This document shows positions 45,049 to 56,039 of a DNA stretch of 64,000 nt, piece after piece; position 1 is the stretch's first letter; each line of letters starts with the position of its first letter. The position numbers were made by a program, and so were the translations under genes. The DNA is from an uncultured Nitrospinota bacterium (GTDB taxonomy: Bacteria; Tectomicrobia; Entotheonellia; J063; CAVPRW01), in contig CAVPRW010000037.1 in assembly GCA_963707985.1 (NCBI GenBank), forward strand, positions 32,001 through 96,000, in the 5' to 3' direction. The notes under the pieces were generated by a model. The model had not been told where the DNA came from. It saw nothing but the letters and a program-made list of their open reading frames with translations, and did no database searches.

Positions 45049-45963
45049 CTAAACAGCAAGCTCCATCAGATCACGCGCCAGGATGAAATCGTCGTGTAGT
45101 CCCTCCAATCCCGTCAGGATCTCGCGTGCGTTGGTGTAGCGAGCGCTGATATGCGTGAGCACCAGACGCTTGACTCCCGCCTCCTTGGCGAGCACTGCCG
45201 CTTGTCGTGATGTCGAATGGCCCTTCTCTGTGGCCTCTTGTTCCGCGCCCGGGGCCAGGGTGCTGTCATAGAGCAACAAATCAGCATCGCGAGCCAACAG
45301 AGCCGCCTCGGGACAGGGGCGCGTGTCCAGGCAATAGCCAATGCGGCGGCCGCGTTTCGGTGGACCGAGCACCTCATGGGAATAAATGGTGCGACCATCG
45401 GCCAGTGTCACCTGCTGCCCCCTCTGCAGGCGCCCATAAATCGGACCTGTGGGGATGCCCAGGGCCTCGGCCCGCGCCACATCGAAGGTGCCCGGTTTGT
45501 CACGCTCTTGCCAGGCATAGCCGTGGGTCGGGATGCGGTGATTGAGCGGCTGACATTCGATCGTGTAGGTCTCGGTCTGGCAAATGGTCCCTGGATGGGC
45601 CTCATGGAAGATGATCGGGTAGCTGAAGCCAGTGCTCAGCAGCCGAGCCGAGGTCGTCACATAGTCTGCCAGCGCCGCCGGGCCATACAACTCGATGGGG
45701 CGTTCGCGTCCGGACAGTTCCATCGTCATCAGTAGTCCCATAATCCCGATGACATGGTCGCCGTGCATATGGGTAATGAAAATCCGGCTCAGCCGTCCAT
45801 GGCGCAGGCCGGCCTTCCGCAGCTGCAGCTGTGTGCCTTCGCCGCAATCGAAGAGGAGCGTTTCCCCTTCGTACAGGACCACCGTTCCCGATGTGCGGCG
45901 CTCTGGCGTGGGCAGGGCTGCTCCAGTACCAAGTAAAATGACTTGCAACGGAATGGCCACCAT
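45049..45963 (-). CDS. rnz: Ribonuclease Z
   Basis: LGTGAALP, FDCGEGTQ, THMHGDH, exosite GP motif, LTHISARY. Confidence 0.95.
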   Translation of the reverse strand: MVAIPLQVILLGTGAALPTPERRTSGTVVLYEGETLLFDCGEGTQLQLRKAGLRHGRLSRIFITHMHGDHVIGIMGLLMTMELSGRERPIELYGPAALADYVTTSARLLSTGFSYPIIFHEAHPGTICQTETYTIECQPLNHRIPTHGYAWQERDKPGTFDVARAEALGIPTGPIYGRLQRGQQVTLADGRTIYSHEVLGPPKRGRRIGYCLDTRPCPEAALLARDADLLLYDSTLAPGAEQEATEKGHSTSRQAAVLAKEAGVKRLVLTHISARYTNAREILTGLEGLHDDFILARDLMELAV

Positions 45964-46133
45964 CTCACCTCTTCTACCAGTATAGGATACATGGCATTAT
46001 ACGGAAGGGTGGCCCCATCAGCAAGGACAGCGCCCCATTGCCCTAAATCTATCCCACAAGGGGGCGGTGTGCTCGCCATCGCCTCCTGCTCAACGAAGGG
46101 TAGAGGAATGGCGGACAGTCAGGGACCCGACGC

Positions 46134-46163
46134 TTGACAGGAAGGTTCGGGTAAGTATAGAGT
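46134..46163 (+). promoter_or_regulatory. Putative sigma70 promoter
   Basis: TTGACA followed by TATAGA (N16) or TAGAGT (N18). Confidence 0.4.
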
Positions 46164-46710
46164 ACATCGGCAAATTTGGCGAATGTCTCGTCGGCTGTAC
46201 CACTCAAAGGGAGGAGGGTTGTCGATGCTGCCGCGTAGACTCTGGACCGTGGGCGCTTGTGCACACGTCTGATGGCACGCTGCTTCCATAGGGGAGCAGG
46301 TACACGGGCTGTACCTGACACAGGAGGGCCGGGAAGGGAAGGGCGCAGCGGAACAGACAGCGGTGAGGGGTGCCTCGGGTTGGCCCAGGTTGGGTCGACT
46401 CTGGTGTGGATGAACCATCGTCACACGCCAACTATCCTGACCTTGTCCTCCATCTAGCCTCCGTCCTCATTACCTTCACGGGATTTCCCCATCACTTTTT
46501 CTCATGCCTGACAAGAGGCCGCAGGAGTCTGCCTGCCAGTCCCATGTTTAATTGCTGGCAGCGCTCTGACGGCCTGATGGCTCGTGCCTCATCGTCGTCG
46601 AACCGGGCCGTGGCGAGTGCTTGCGGTGGGCTCGACGAATGCACTGGATGAAGAGCCCAAGGTACCCCAGGGCATTCCATCACCCAGAACCGTCATGCGG
46701 GAGGAACTGT

Positions 46711-47877
46711 ATGAGCTTCATGATGAACAGAAGGTGTGTTGCCGGACTGTTAGGTGCCATGCTCCTGGTCGGGGCGGTGTCGCTGATCCTGGCTGGCGAG
46801 TCGAGCTCGACGAAAACCACTCAGGGTGATGCAGCTGCACGCCAGGCGACCTTTGAGGTGCGCCACGAACTCAAAGTCATGGTCCCGGAAGGCGCTCAGC
46901 GCGTCCGTGTCTGGTTCGTCTTACCACAGGAAGACCCTATTCCAGGCGATGGGACCGCGTCGGCCCAGCGTGTCAGCGATTTGCAGATCGACGCACCATA
47001 TCCGTATCGCGTCGAGCGCGATTCTGAGGGCAGCAAAGTTCTCTATCTTGAGGCCACCAACCCAAAAGATAAAGAGCTGAAGATCGTCGAGACCTTCGTC
47101 GTGACGCGTAATGAAGTGCGCACGAGTGTCGATTCGAGTAAGGCCAAACCGCTGACGGATGCCGACCGCGCCAAGCTCGCACCATATCTCGCCGCCAACA
47201 AGCATGTCGAGATCGACGATGAGATTCGCAAGCTGGCCCATGAGATCATCGGCGATGAGACCAATCCTGTCCTGGCGGCCCGCAAACTCTACGACTGGAC
47301 ATTACTCAACGTCGATTACTGGGTGAAAGACCCCAAGAACAAAAAAGCCTCGCCGGTCGGCAGCACCACCTACTGCCTGACCTTCCGCACCGGTAACTGC
47401 ACCGATTTCGAATCGCTGTGGACCTCGCTGGCACGGGCCTCGGGCATTCCCACCCGCATCGTCTACGGTTCATTCTTCAAGCCCGATCTTAATGGTGTTG
47501 ATGGCGACCAGAGCTACCACTGCTGGGCAATCTTCTATGCCCCGGGGCTGGGATGGATTCCCCACGACGTGGCAGTCGCCGACATGTATGTCGGGGACAT
47601 GGTGGCAACGCCTGACAACGAAACGCTGATGCGTCGTACCACTGCGGATGGGATGTTCGGAGTCGATCCAGCCAAGGTGGACTACTACTTCGGGAATTTG
47701 GATGAACGCCGCATCGTGTGGTCGATCGGACGCGACCTGATCTTGAGCCCAAAGCAGGATGGGGATCCAGTCAATGCCATGGCCAAAGCCTACGTGGAGA
47801 TCGATGGCAAATTGCACCCCGAAGGAGCCAACGGCTGGGTTCGGAAGCTGACATACCGCGAGCGCAAAGCAAGCTAG
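46711..47877 (+). CDS. Exported transglutaminase-like protein
   Basis: Signal peptide; GNCTDF, LARASGIP, YHCWA, GWIPHD (Cys-His-Asp). Confidence 0.88.
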   Translation: MSFMMNRRCVAGLLGAMLLVGAVSLILAGESSSTKTTQGDAAARQATFEVRHELKVMVPEGAQRVRVWFVLPQEDPIPGDGTASAQRVSDLQIDAPYPYRVERDSEGSKVLYLEATNPKDKELKIVETFVVTRNEVRTSVDSSKAKPLTDADRAKLAPYLAANKHVEIDDEIRKLAHEIIGDETNPVLAARKLYDWTLLNVDYWVKDPKNKKASPVGSTTYCLTFRTGNCTDFESLWTSLARASGIPTRIVYGSFFKPDLNGVDGDQSYHCWAIFYAPGLGWIPHDVAVADMYVGDMVATPDNETLMRRTTADGMFGVDPAKVDYYFGNLDERRIVWSIGRDLILSPKQDGDPVNAMAKAYVEIDGKLHPEGANGWVRKLTYRERKAS

Positions 47878-48287
47878 CAGCCTACCCGACCCGGCACAAC
47901 CATCCCTCCGGCGTGCTACCAGCTCATCGGTGCATGCAGGGGGGTGCCAGCTGACGCCCTCCCCGCCTGCTCTCCGAGCCCTGGCCTGAGCGTCCGTGCC
48001 CCGCTCATACGTGCATCTAAGCTCCTCTCGGTAGCCCCATCACGAGCTTGGAGTTGGACGTCGAATTCCATGTTGGCGTGTAGGAAAGGAGATATTACGG
48101 ACCTGAGAGCGGGCGTGACCATAGTACTTTGGGCATTATAGCCATTTTAACATGCTTGGACTATAATGGACCATTGCCGCGGTGGGCAAATAGCACAGCA
48201 GAGCATGCCTTTCCCATCTGTAACAGGACAGGCGTTGCCGTGAAAATGGCGGGCGATGTGTGCAGCCAGGCGACAGGAGGGTCGGAG

Positions 48288-48485
48288 ATGCTCGTGCCTT
48301 TGGGTGATGTCGAGTCTGTAGAATTCGATCAGGTCTCAAGGAAGATCAGCCGCATCACCATCAAGCGCGGCTTCCTGTTCCACACCGAGGTAACGATTCC
48401 GGCCAGCATGATTAGCACGATCAGCGACCGTATTGCCCTCAACATCGACGCCGAAACCGTGAAAAGCCTCGCGCCCAGCAAGTAA
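48288..48485 (+). pseudogene. PRC-barrel-like fragment
   Basis: LGDVESV.FD...ITIKRGFLFHTEVTIPASMI; N-terminus missing. Confidence 0.5.
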
Positions 48486-48494
48486 GCACATCTG

Positions 48495-49919
48495 ATGTGG
48501 CTACATGGGCTAGATTGGAGTCGAGCTATGGCGTTTTTGACTGCTCTCGCGGGTGTGCTTCGAGCGCGCTCACCGCTGCAAGCGACTGGTGCTGCGAGCC
48601 CATCCATGGAGACGACATCCGCGACTGTGCCGACCGCAGGGCGGGAAGACGGTCCGCCAGCGGCCTCGGCTGAGCTGGGGGACCATCCTTCCATGATGGA
48701 GGAAGAGCCGGAACCCAGCAAGCATGAAAAGAACTTGATGCTCCATCTGAGTAATGTCTCGCATGCCGTCAATCATTTCCAGAATCAGATGATGACCATG
48801 TTGTGGCCATTCATTATGGCCGAGCTGGGCATGAGCTACACTCAGGTGGGCGTCCTGTCGGCCATTACTGGCGCGATCAATAGCGTCTGCCAGGGTGCGT
48901 ACGGATTCTTAACGCCGTTTTTCTCACGCTGTAAAATCCTCGGATTGGGCAACACGGGCATCGCGCTGGGGACCTTGATGAGTGGCCTGGCGGGCTCTTA
49001 TCCTATGCTGATCGTAGCCCGGAGCGTCGCTGCCATCGGCTCCAGCGCCCAGCATCCGGTAGGCTACAGCATCCTCTCCAGCTACTTCCCGAAGAACCGC
49101 GGCACCGTGATCGCGATGAATACCAGTGTCTCGAATGTGGGCACGCTGGTTGCGACGCCCCTGGCGACTGCGTTGCTGCTGTTTATGAGTTGGCGGGCGA
49201 TCTTCTTGGTGGTCACACTGGTCAGCCTCGTCATGGGGGTGGTCTATTTCTTCTTCCCAGATTATGGGGCCCCGAGTCGCGTGGGGTCTGGAAGGACTCG
49301 ACTGTCCCAGGGTTTCAGGAGCTACCGGCGGGTGCTGAAGAACCGTAACATGGTGCTCATCGCCCTCGTGTTCATGGTCGGTGGAGCAGGCCGCGACGGT
49401 GGGGTAAACCAGATCTACTTCGCGCCGCACCTCGCCAACGATTTTGGCTTTTCGGCGCTGATGGTCGGCACCTTAATGACTGCTATTAGTATTGGCAGCA
49501 TCGTCGGCCCCATCGTGTTCGGATGGCTTTCCGATAAGCTGAGCCGCACGCGCATGCTGCAGGCGTCTCTGGCGCTGTCCTGCATGGGCTCGCTCTGGGT
49601 CGCCCATCTTGGGCCGAGTGTAGTCGTGCTCTTTAGCAGCCTCCTGCTGTATAGTGCCTTCACCTCCTCACGCGGTCCCCAGACGCAGGCCATCATTGCC
49701 GATTCGACCACCGACGACGATCGAGACGCGGCCTTTAGCACGTATTTCCTGCTGGGCTTCCTGTCTCAGCCGTTCTGGGTGCTGGTTACAGGCTACCTCA
49801 TGGACAAAGCAGGATTCTCGACCGCACTGACGGTGCTCAGTGCAACGTACATCGTGGGTATCGTGATTCTGTGTTTCGTGCGCGATGAGCGCCCATCGGA
49901 GAGAAAAGCCGCCGCCTGA
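48495..49919 (+). CDS. MFS transporter (true start probably later)
   Basis: About 12 TM segments; GWLSDKLSR motif. Confidence 0.9.
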   Translation: MWLHGLDWSRAMAFLTALAGVLRARSPLQATGAASPSMETTSATVPTAGREDGPPAASAELGDHPSMMEEEPEPSKHEKNLMLHLSNVSHAVNHFQNQMMTMLWPFIMAELGMSYTQVGVLSAITGAINSVCQGAYGFLTPFFSRCKILGLGNTGIALGTLMSGLAGSYPMLIVARSVAAIGSSAQHPVGYSILSSYFPKNRGTVIAMNTSVSNVGTLVATPLATALLLFMSWRAIFLVVTLVSLVMGVVYFFFPDYGAPSRVGSGRTRLSQGFRSYRRVLKNRNMVLIALVFMVGGAGRDGGVNQIYFAPHLANDFGFSALMVGTLMTAISIGSIVGPIVFGWLSDKLSRTRMLQASLALSCMGSLWVAHLGPSVVVLFSSLLLYSAFTSSRGPQTQAIIADSTTDDDRDAAFSTYFLLGFLSQPFWVLVTGYLMDKAGFSTALTVLSATYIVGIVILCFVRDERPSERKAAA

Positions 49920-50057
49920 ATAGCCTCGTGTAGTCTGCGCTCCCGCAAGGTCGCGCGGCAAGAATGGAAGGGCGGCACGTGGCTGGTTCCGTGCAAGCCA
50001 AGGAATCGCGCTGGTTCCGCCCTGCCTCTAGTGCTTAGCGCCCGGTCCCGCCAATGG

Positions 50058-50969
50058 TTAGGGGAGCCGGCGCAGTTTCTCAAATACATCCGGCGGCAAC
50101 GGTTCGCTCGCGGCAGCGTTGGCTTTGGCTTGCTCGGGGGTGCGAATGCCAGGAATGGTGACGTCAACGTTGGGATTCGAGACGCAGAAGCGGATGGCCA
50201 CTTCAGCCAGCGGCCGGCCATAGTCGCTCACAATTTCGGAGATCCGCCTCACCCGAGCCACCATGGCGGGCAGTCGATCGGGGGCGAGAATGTTGCGCCG
50301 CCGATCACCCTCGACGAAGGTGGCATGCTCATCAAAGCGACCGGATAACAAGCCACGCTTCAACGGCACGCGCGAGATGACGCCCACGCCCGACGCTTTC
50401 GCCTTGGCGAAGACACCCTCGGCCTCCTGGTCGAGCAGGTTGTACTCCATCTGCATAACGGCCGGCTGGCCCAACTCGATGGCCAGCTCACACTCCTCCA
50501 GGGTATTGACCGAGACACCCCAATGTTTGATTTTGCCTTCTGCCTTGAATTTTTCGAGTAACTCAAAACTATCGCCGGCTTTGAGGTTTTGCACCGACGG
50601 GTTGTGCAACAGGTACACATCGATGGCGTCGACCCCGAGTCGCTGCAGGCTGCCTTCAAGGCAACCGCGGATGTAATCCGGGGTGAAATTCCGTGCCCCC
50701 GTGACCATATTGTTGCCGCCTTTGGTGCAGATGATGATCTGGTCGCGGTCTGGGCGCTCGCGCAAGAACCGGCCGATGATTTGCTCACTGCGTCCGGCTC
50801 CATAGGCATCCGAGGTGTCGATGAACCGCATCCCCGCGTCGATCGCCGCATGCAGCGCTTGCGTGCTCTCAGCATCGTCGACGGGACCAAAAAACCCACC
50901 GATGGTAATCGAGCCGAATCCGACCACGGTCACTTCCAGGCCTGTCCGGCCGAGCATACGTGTGTCCAT
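50058..50969 (-). CDS. Aldo/keto reductase
   Basis: LGRTGL, DTSDAYG, TKGG, IDVYLLHNP. Confidence 0.93.
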   Translation of the reverse strand: MDTRMLGRTGLEVTVVGFGSITIGGFFGPVDDAESTQALHAAIDAGMRFIDTSDAYGAGRSEQIIGRFLRERPDRDQIIICTKGGNNMVTGARNFTPDYIRGCLEGSLQRLGVDAIDVYLLHNPSVQNLKAGDSFELLEKFKAEGKIKHWGVSVNTLEECELAIELGQPAVMQMEYNLLDQEAEGVFAKAKASGVGVISRVPLKRGLLSGRFDEHATFVEGDRRRNILAPDRLPAMVARVRRISEIVSDYGRPLAEVAIRFCVSNPNVDVTIPGIRTPEQAKANAAASEPLPPDVFEKLRRLP

Positions 50970-51048
50970 CGTGAAATTCCCCCCTACGAAAAGCCTCCAT
51001 GTCGCCGTCTGATCCTGCTCTCCCGGTATATACCAGCCGAGCAGGGGT

Positions 51049-51693
51049 CTATCCGACGGCAGGATACGATTGCCCCCAACGATCGAGGTAGACGATCTCG
51101 GCCAGTGGTGCACGCCGCACCGGGCCAAAGCGACCCCTTGGGTAACCGATGGGAAGAATAGCGTAGGAATGCATCCCGGCTGGCAAGCCTAGTGCCGCCT
51201 CAACCTCTTTTTCGTATTGTAAGTGCCTGGTGGTCAGGGTCGCACCAAGCCCCAAGGCTCTGGCAGCGAGCAACATATTCTGCACTGCAGGGTAAATCGA
51301 GGCTCCGGAGCTACGCGTGGGTGTGCCTTCCCCGGTTTCCAGGCAGGCGACGATCCATATCGGGGCTTCGTGAAAGTGGTCGGTCAGATATTCGACCGCA
51401 TCATGCTGGCGGTCGTACTGCTCACGGGTCACGCCGGGAGGTGGCGTGCTGGTGCGATAACGTGGCCCCACGACTTCGTCGAAAGCGCGCTTGTAATAAT
51501 GTTGTACCTTCTCCTTGATGGCGCGGTCTTTGACGACTAGAAAGCGCCAGGGTTGGCGGTTGCCACCGTTGGCGGCGCACACCCCTGCCTCTAGGATCTT
51601 GCGGACCAGCTCGTCGGGGACAGGGTCGGGTTTCAGACGACGCATGGCGCGCGTCGTGCCGATGATCTCAAACAGGTTCGTGGCTTCGGACAT
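51049..51693 (-). CDS. Nitroreductase family protein
   Basis: RAMRRLKPDPVP, NRQPWRF, QNMLLAARALGLG. Confidence 0.92.
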   Translation of the reverse strand: MSEATNLFEIIGTTRAMRRLKPDPVPDELVRKILEAGVCAANGGNRQPWRFLVVKDRAIKEKVQHYYKRAFDEVVGPRYRTSTPPPGVTREQYDRQHDAVEYLTDHFHEAPIWIVACLETGEGTPTRSSGASIYPAVQNMLLAARALGLGATLTTRHLQYEKEVEAALGLPAGMHSYAILPIGYPRGRFGPVRRAPLAEIVYLDRWGQSYPAVG

Positions 51694-52019
51694 ACGGCTC
51701 TCCTTCATCCTGGTCGTTAGGGATAAGGCCTACTGATATTGCCACATCGATTGAGGCCGTATCGTACACTATTCCTTTCGCCCTCACAACCGCCCTGCTG
51801 GTTTCCTCCCGGCCTTGAACTCTTACACTTGCCGGGGATCAAGGGGGGATGAAAGAGCGTGAGAACGGCTCCCCAGGTGGTCTGCAGGCGTGCCGCTTGG
51901 GGGCAGGGCGATGCTTCTGCGGGGGAGTTGTCGGCATATACCTGGCAGGGTCTCCTGGTCCTGGAGTCATTCGCGTTGGCCGTGCGGCAGCAGCTCGCGA
52001 AAGCCGCGACAGAGGAGGC

Positions 52020-52985
52020 TCAGAGACTAGCCAAGAACTCGATCAACAGGCGGTTGACCTCCGCTGGCCGCTCCTGCTGAATCCAGTGTCCGGCGTCTGG
52101 CAAGAGGACTTTTTGTCGGAGATTAGGCATGGTGTCCTCCAGGGCGTCGAAGGCCGAGCGGTACATGGTGACCACCGCATCCGCAGCCCCGGCGATGAAG
52201 AGCGACGGCTGGCGCAGCGGTGCACCGCACAGGCAGCGCGTCAGCTCCCACAAGCGGTCAAGATTGCGGTACCAGTTTAATCCGCCGCGGAAGCCGCTGT
52301 GCTCAAAGGCTGCAGTGAAGACATCGAGATCGTGCTCGGTCAGCCAGGGGGGAAGAGTCTCCGGCACGGTGCCACTGTCGAGAAATCGTTCTGACTTGCC
52401 GAACAAGAACCGCCAGCGCCGTTCCGGTGGCGGGTCCCCTGACGCGGAATAGAGAAATGTGGCCAGGGACAGGCGGACATTGGCTTCGAGCTCGGCCTCA
52501 GCCTTGCCCGGCTCCTGGAAATACAGCTGGTAGAACTGTTGCTCACCTGCCAGGAGCCGCATCATCTCGGTGGGCCGCGGGTCCGACCAGGATCGTTGAA
52601 TATAAGGCACGCTCAGCAGCGCGACACCCCTAAACAGGTCTGGCCGCAGCAGGGCACAGTGCCATGCCACCGGGGACCCCCAGTCGTGCCCGACGATGGT
52701 CGCGCGCGTCTCGCCCAGGGCGTGGACGAGTCCCACCATATCCGCCGTCAGGTGCAGGATGTGGTAGTCCTCAATGGGTTCGGGGCGGTCCGTCTCTCCA
52801 TAGCCGCGCTGATCTGGTGCCACCGCATGGTATCCAGCCGCCGCCAGTGCAGAGAGCTGATGCCGCCAGGAGTACCAGCACTCTGGGAACCCGTGACAGA
52901 GAATGACCAGTGGTCCCTCCCCTGCCTCGGCGACATGCATCCGGATGCCGTTGGTCTCAACGAAACGCTGGTTTGTCCCAGCCAT
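52020..52985 (-). CDS. Epoxide hydrolase (alpha/beta hydrolase)
   Basis: HGFPE, GHDWG, NWYRN, GHWIQQE. Confidence 0.92.
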   Translation of the reverse strand: MAGTNQRFVETNGIRMHVAEAGEGPLVILCHGFPECWYSWRHQLSALAAAGYHAVAPDQRGYGETDRPEPIEDYHILHLTADMVGLVHALGETRATIVGHDWGSPVAWHCALLRPDLFRGVALLSVPYIQRSWSDPRPTEMMRLLAGEQQFYQLYFQEPGKAEAELEANVRLSLATFLYSASGDPPPERRWRFLFGKSERFLDSGTVPETLPPWLTEHDLDVFTAAFEHSGFRGGLNWYRNLDRLWELTRCLCGAPLRQPSLFIAGAADAVVTMYRSAFDALEDTMPNLRQKVLLPDAGHWIQQERPAEVNRLLIEFLASL

Positions 52986-53359
52986 AAGAGCTCCCTCTGG
53001 AAAATTGCCGGCCGTGCGGCGGTGAGAAATGCCAGGCCACCCATGTGCGCCATACTACCACACCTCAGCGACACTGCTATGAGATACGGCCATGATGTGC
53101 CGCATATCCCCGCGTCGCTGGTGAGACGGGCGCCAGTCGATACCCCGCCAGATGCACCGGAGTGACAAGCCGTGCCTCATGCACTATCATTTCCACTACC
53201 ATCACATCATTCAAGCGGCCTACATCACGTCCGGCATCACTAAAGCATTTGCTCCCTCGAGTCCGCTCGAATATTATCTAAAGGACGGCTCCGAGCCAGC
53301 AGTGTTGATGGGTCTCACGTACGTCACATACAGGTACATACATACAGCAAAGGCTTGCC

Positions 53360-54265
53360 TTGGAGGAGAGACCCGTGGGAACATCCAAGAGACGGCATAC
53401 CTATGGCAGTTATCTAGCACTCGATAAGCTTCTGAGCTGTCAGAATACCAAGACAAACGCGGATAGCGAGCTACTTTTTATCGTGATTCATCAGTCGAAC
53501 GAACTGTGGTTCAAGGTCTTGATCCATGAGCTTGAAAACGCCATCTCATCGCTGTACAAGGGCGACGAGTTGTCCGCCTACAAAGTCCTGGCGAGAGCCT
53601 CGCAAATTCTGCTACTCCTGACCAGAACCTGGGATGTGCTGTCGACGCTGACTCCGAACGAATTTCGCGTGTTTCGAGACTCTGTCGGGCAAGATAACGC
53701 CTCTGGATTCCAGTCTCATCAGTATCGCATGGTCGAGTTCTTATTAGGCCTCAAATCGCGGCTCAGGTACTTCGACACGAAAGATGGCGAAAAGAGCATG
53801 GACGTCATTGCGCTGCAGGGCAAATCCGATATTCACGAGCAGCTGCTCCGCCAGCAGCGGAAGCCGAGTGTGTATGACGCGACGTTGCACTTGCTGAGTG
53901 CCAGGTTCCGAAAGTCTGGATTACGGCCGAAGCCCCAGCAGGAGGACTTCTCAGAGGGCCATCAATACTCGCAACCAGCGTATAAATGCTGGCACGCGGT
54001 TTACTCGACCCCTCAGAAATATATGTCGTTGTTTCAATTAGCGGAGAAGTTGATCGACATTGAAGATGCTTTCCGGCAATGGCGATTCAGACACCTCGTC
54101 ACCGTTGCGCGGGTCATCGGACAAAATACTGGAACCGGTGGCTCGACGGGATTGCGGTATCTGCAAAAAGTCGCAATCGATGGTATGGAGAATCCTCTCT
54201 TCCCCGAGATTTGGGAGGTGCGAAACCAAATCTATGAGCCGTCCCACCCGACTTCGGCCACCTAG
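53360..54265 (+). CDS. kynA: Tryptophan 2,3-dioxygenase family
   Basis: ELLFIVIHQSNELWFK, SGFQSHQYR, WRFRH, GTGGSTG..YL. Confidence 0.88.
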   Translation: MEERPVGTSKRRHTYGSYLALDKLLSCQNTKTNADSELLFIVIHQSNELWFKVLIHELENAISSLYKGDELSAYKVLARASQILLLLTRTWDVLSTLTPNEFRVFRDSVGQDNASGFQSHQYRMVEFLLGLKSRLRYFDTKDGEKSMDVIALQGKSDIHEQLLRQQRKPSVYDATLHLLSARFRKSGLRPKPQQEDFSEGHQYSQPAYKCWHAVYSTPQKYMSLFQLAEKLIDIEDAFRQWRFRHLVTVARVIGQNTGTGGSTGLRYLQKVAIDGMENPLFPEIWEVRNQIYEPSHPTSAT

Positions 54266-54337
54266 GGCACTAAGCGGCTGTCAGAGACTAAAGTCTTCGA
54301 AAAGTAAGCTATGATTCACGAATGAGGGCGAGCCTGA

Positions 54338-54630
54338 AATTCGACTTTTTCTGAACGCTGGCAATTGGTGCGCTTCACCATTGACCATGTGCAGCCCCAG
54401 TCCACGGGCGGCTCGGATGACGCCGACAACTTGGCGTTGCCGTGTCGCAACTGTAACGAACGGCGTGGCAATCGCCTTGGAGGCCGCGATGCAGAGACAC
54501 AGGAGGTCATCCCACTCTTTAACCCGTGCCGGGATCAGTGGGCAGAGCACTTTGCCTGGGACGAACAGCGATGGGACGTACGACGATCGAGCAGATGGAT
54601 ATCATCCGCCGCTGGAAGGTCCAGATTCGC
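54338..54630 (+). pseudogene. HNH endonuclease remnant
   Basis: FTIDHVQP..GG...NLALPCRNCN, PLFNP...W..HFAW; N-terminus lost and C-terminus frameshifted. Confidence 0.75.
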
Positions 54631-54813
54631 GGATATACCAGGCCGCATCAGTATCTGCGTAGCACTACCCACCACGACAGCCTCATGGATAAGATGCGTC
54701 TCCTCACCGGTGCTATGAGACTTCTCCTATCCATTCATCTGGGTATGCCGTGAAGCTGGCGACATGTTTCTCCTGTTGCCGGCGATTGTCTCGCGCCCTG
54801 ACCGCTACCGGCC

Positions 54814-55926
54814 TCAGACGAGCGCCGGTGGGAGGGCTCCACTCAGCACGTGGAGGGCCTCGAAGAGATAGTACGAGCCCCAGATCAGCTCGTGCTGGGT
54901 TGCGAGGTTGATCCGTTTGTTATAGCAGCCATGGGAGAGAATCCCCCGCTCATCGAGGTAGCGCTCGACCAGCGCGGTCACCGTGGCCTCGGCGGCGGCC
55001 TGGTAGCGCGTCCGCTGACTCTCCTCCGGGGCCAGTGCGGCCAGCTTCAGCAGCGCCGCGGCAGCGATGGCCGTGCCCGAGGTATCCCGGGGGGTGTCTG
55101 GCCCCACGGGCGCGTCGAAGTCCCAAAAGGCAACACGGTCGACGGGCGCATGGGCCAGCCACCAGTCTGCCGCGCGCGTCGCCACGTCGAGGAAGTCGCG
55201 CTCCTGCGTCCACAGATACATGACTGCATAGCCCACCATAGCCCAGGCCTGGGCGCGGATCCAGGTGCTGTCGTCGCGGACTCCCTTGTGAGTGTAACGG
55301 CGGAGCAGGTGGCCGGTCTGTGGGTCGAAGGAGGCCGACTGGCAGACCGAGCCGTCTCCTCGAATACAGAACTCGATATGCCGGTGCGCATGGCACACCG
55401 CCATATCGCGCAGGCTGGGGTCCCCGAGCTCCGGCGCCGCCCAGACCAGGAGCGCGGCACCCTGAACGCCGTCGATGCTGGACTCGCCGCGCCCGACGTC
55501 GGAGGCCTCTTCGGCCTCGGTGCCGAGCGGCAGGACGCCCGCCTGCGGGTTGAAGCTGGCGGCCAGGCCCTGCGCCCCCTGGAGGGCGACGTCGCGTGCC
55601 AGGGGGTCGGCGAGAAGGACCGAGCCGAGGAGGGCACCGTAGTAGAAGAGGAAGCCCCGAAAGATGGTGTCAGAGTCAGCGCGTGGGCGCAGCCGTTCGG
55701 TCCAGTGCTAGGCCCAGTGCCGGTAGCGGGCCTTTCCGGTGTGGTGGGTGGCCAGCCAGCACATACCATTCCAGAAGCCTCCCGTCCAGTCCCCACCGGG
55801 CGAAGTGGTCCACTGACCCGTGGCGGGATCGCCATAGTGCGGGAAGCCGTCGGTGACGCGCTCGCCGGTGTCATCGACCCGGCGGAGGAGCCGTTGCAAC
55901 CCGTCCTGCCACGTGGTGCTTGTCAT
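54814..55926 (-). pseudogene. GH88-like glycoside hydrolase with one in-frame TAG (55708-55710)
   Basis: WTGGFW, W.RAQAW, WDF, DTSG.AI, WGSYYLFEAL; 370 codons in one frame apart from the TAG. Confidence 0.85.
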
Positions 55927-56039
55927 GCTGTCCTCCTTCCTGCCGGTGCGAGACTGTTCCTTAGCCTCATCGTCCCCCCCTGCATCCAGTCACCGCGATG
56001 CGTCCATGCCGCCCGGCGAGGCGAGCTCCGGTAAGCGGA

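Noticed and set aside
46270..46300. Selenocysteine readthrough of the TGA with a SECIS
   Set aside because: The hairpin loop lacks the typical leading G and the readthrough peptide resembles no selenoprotein.
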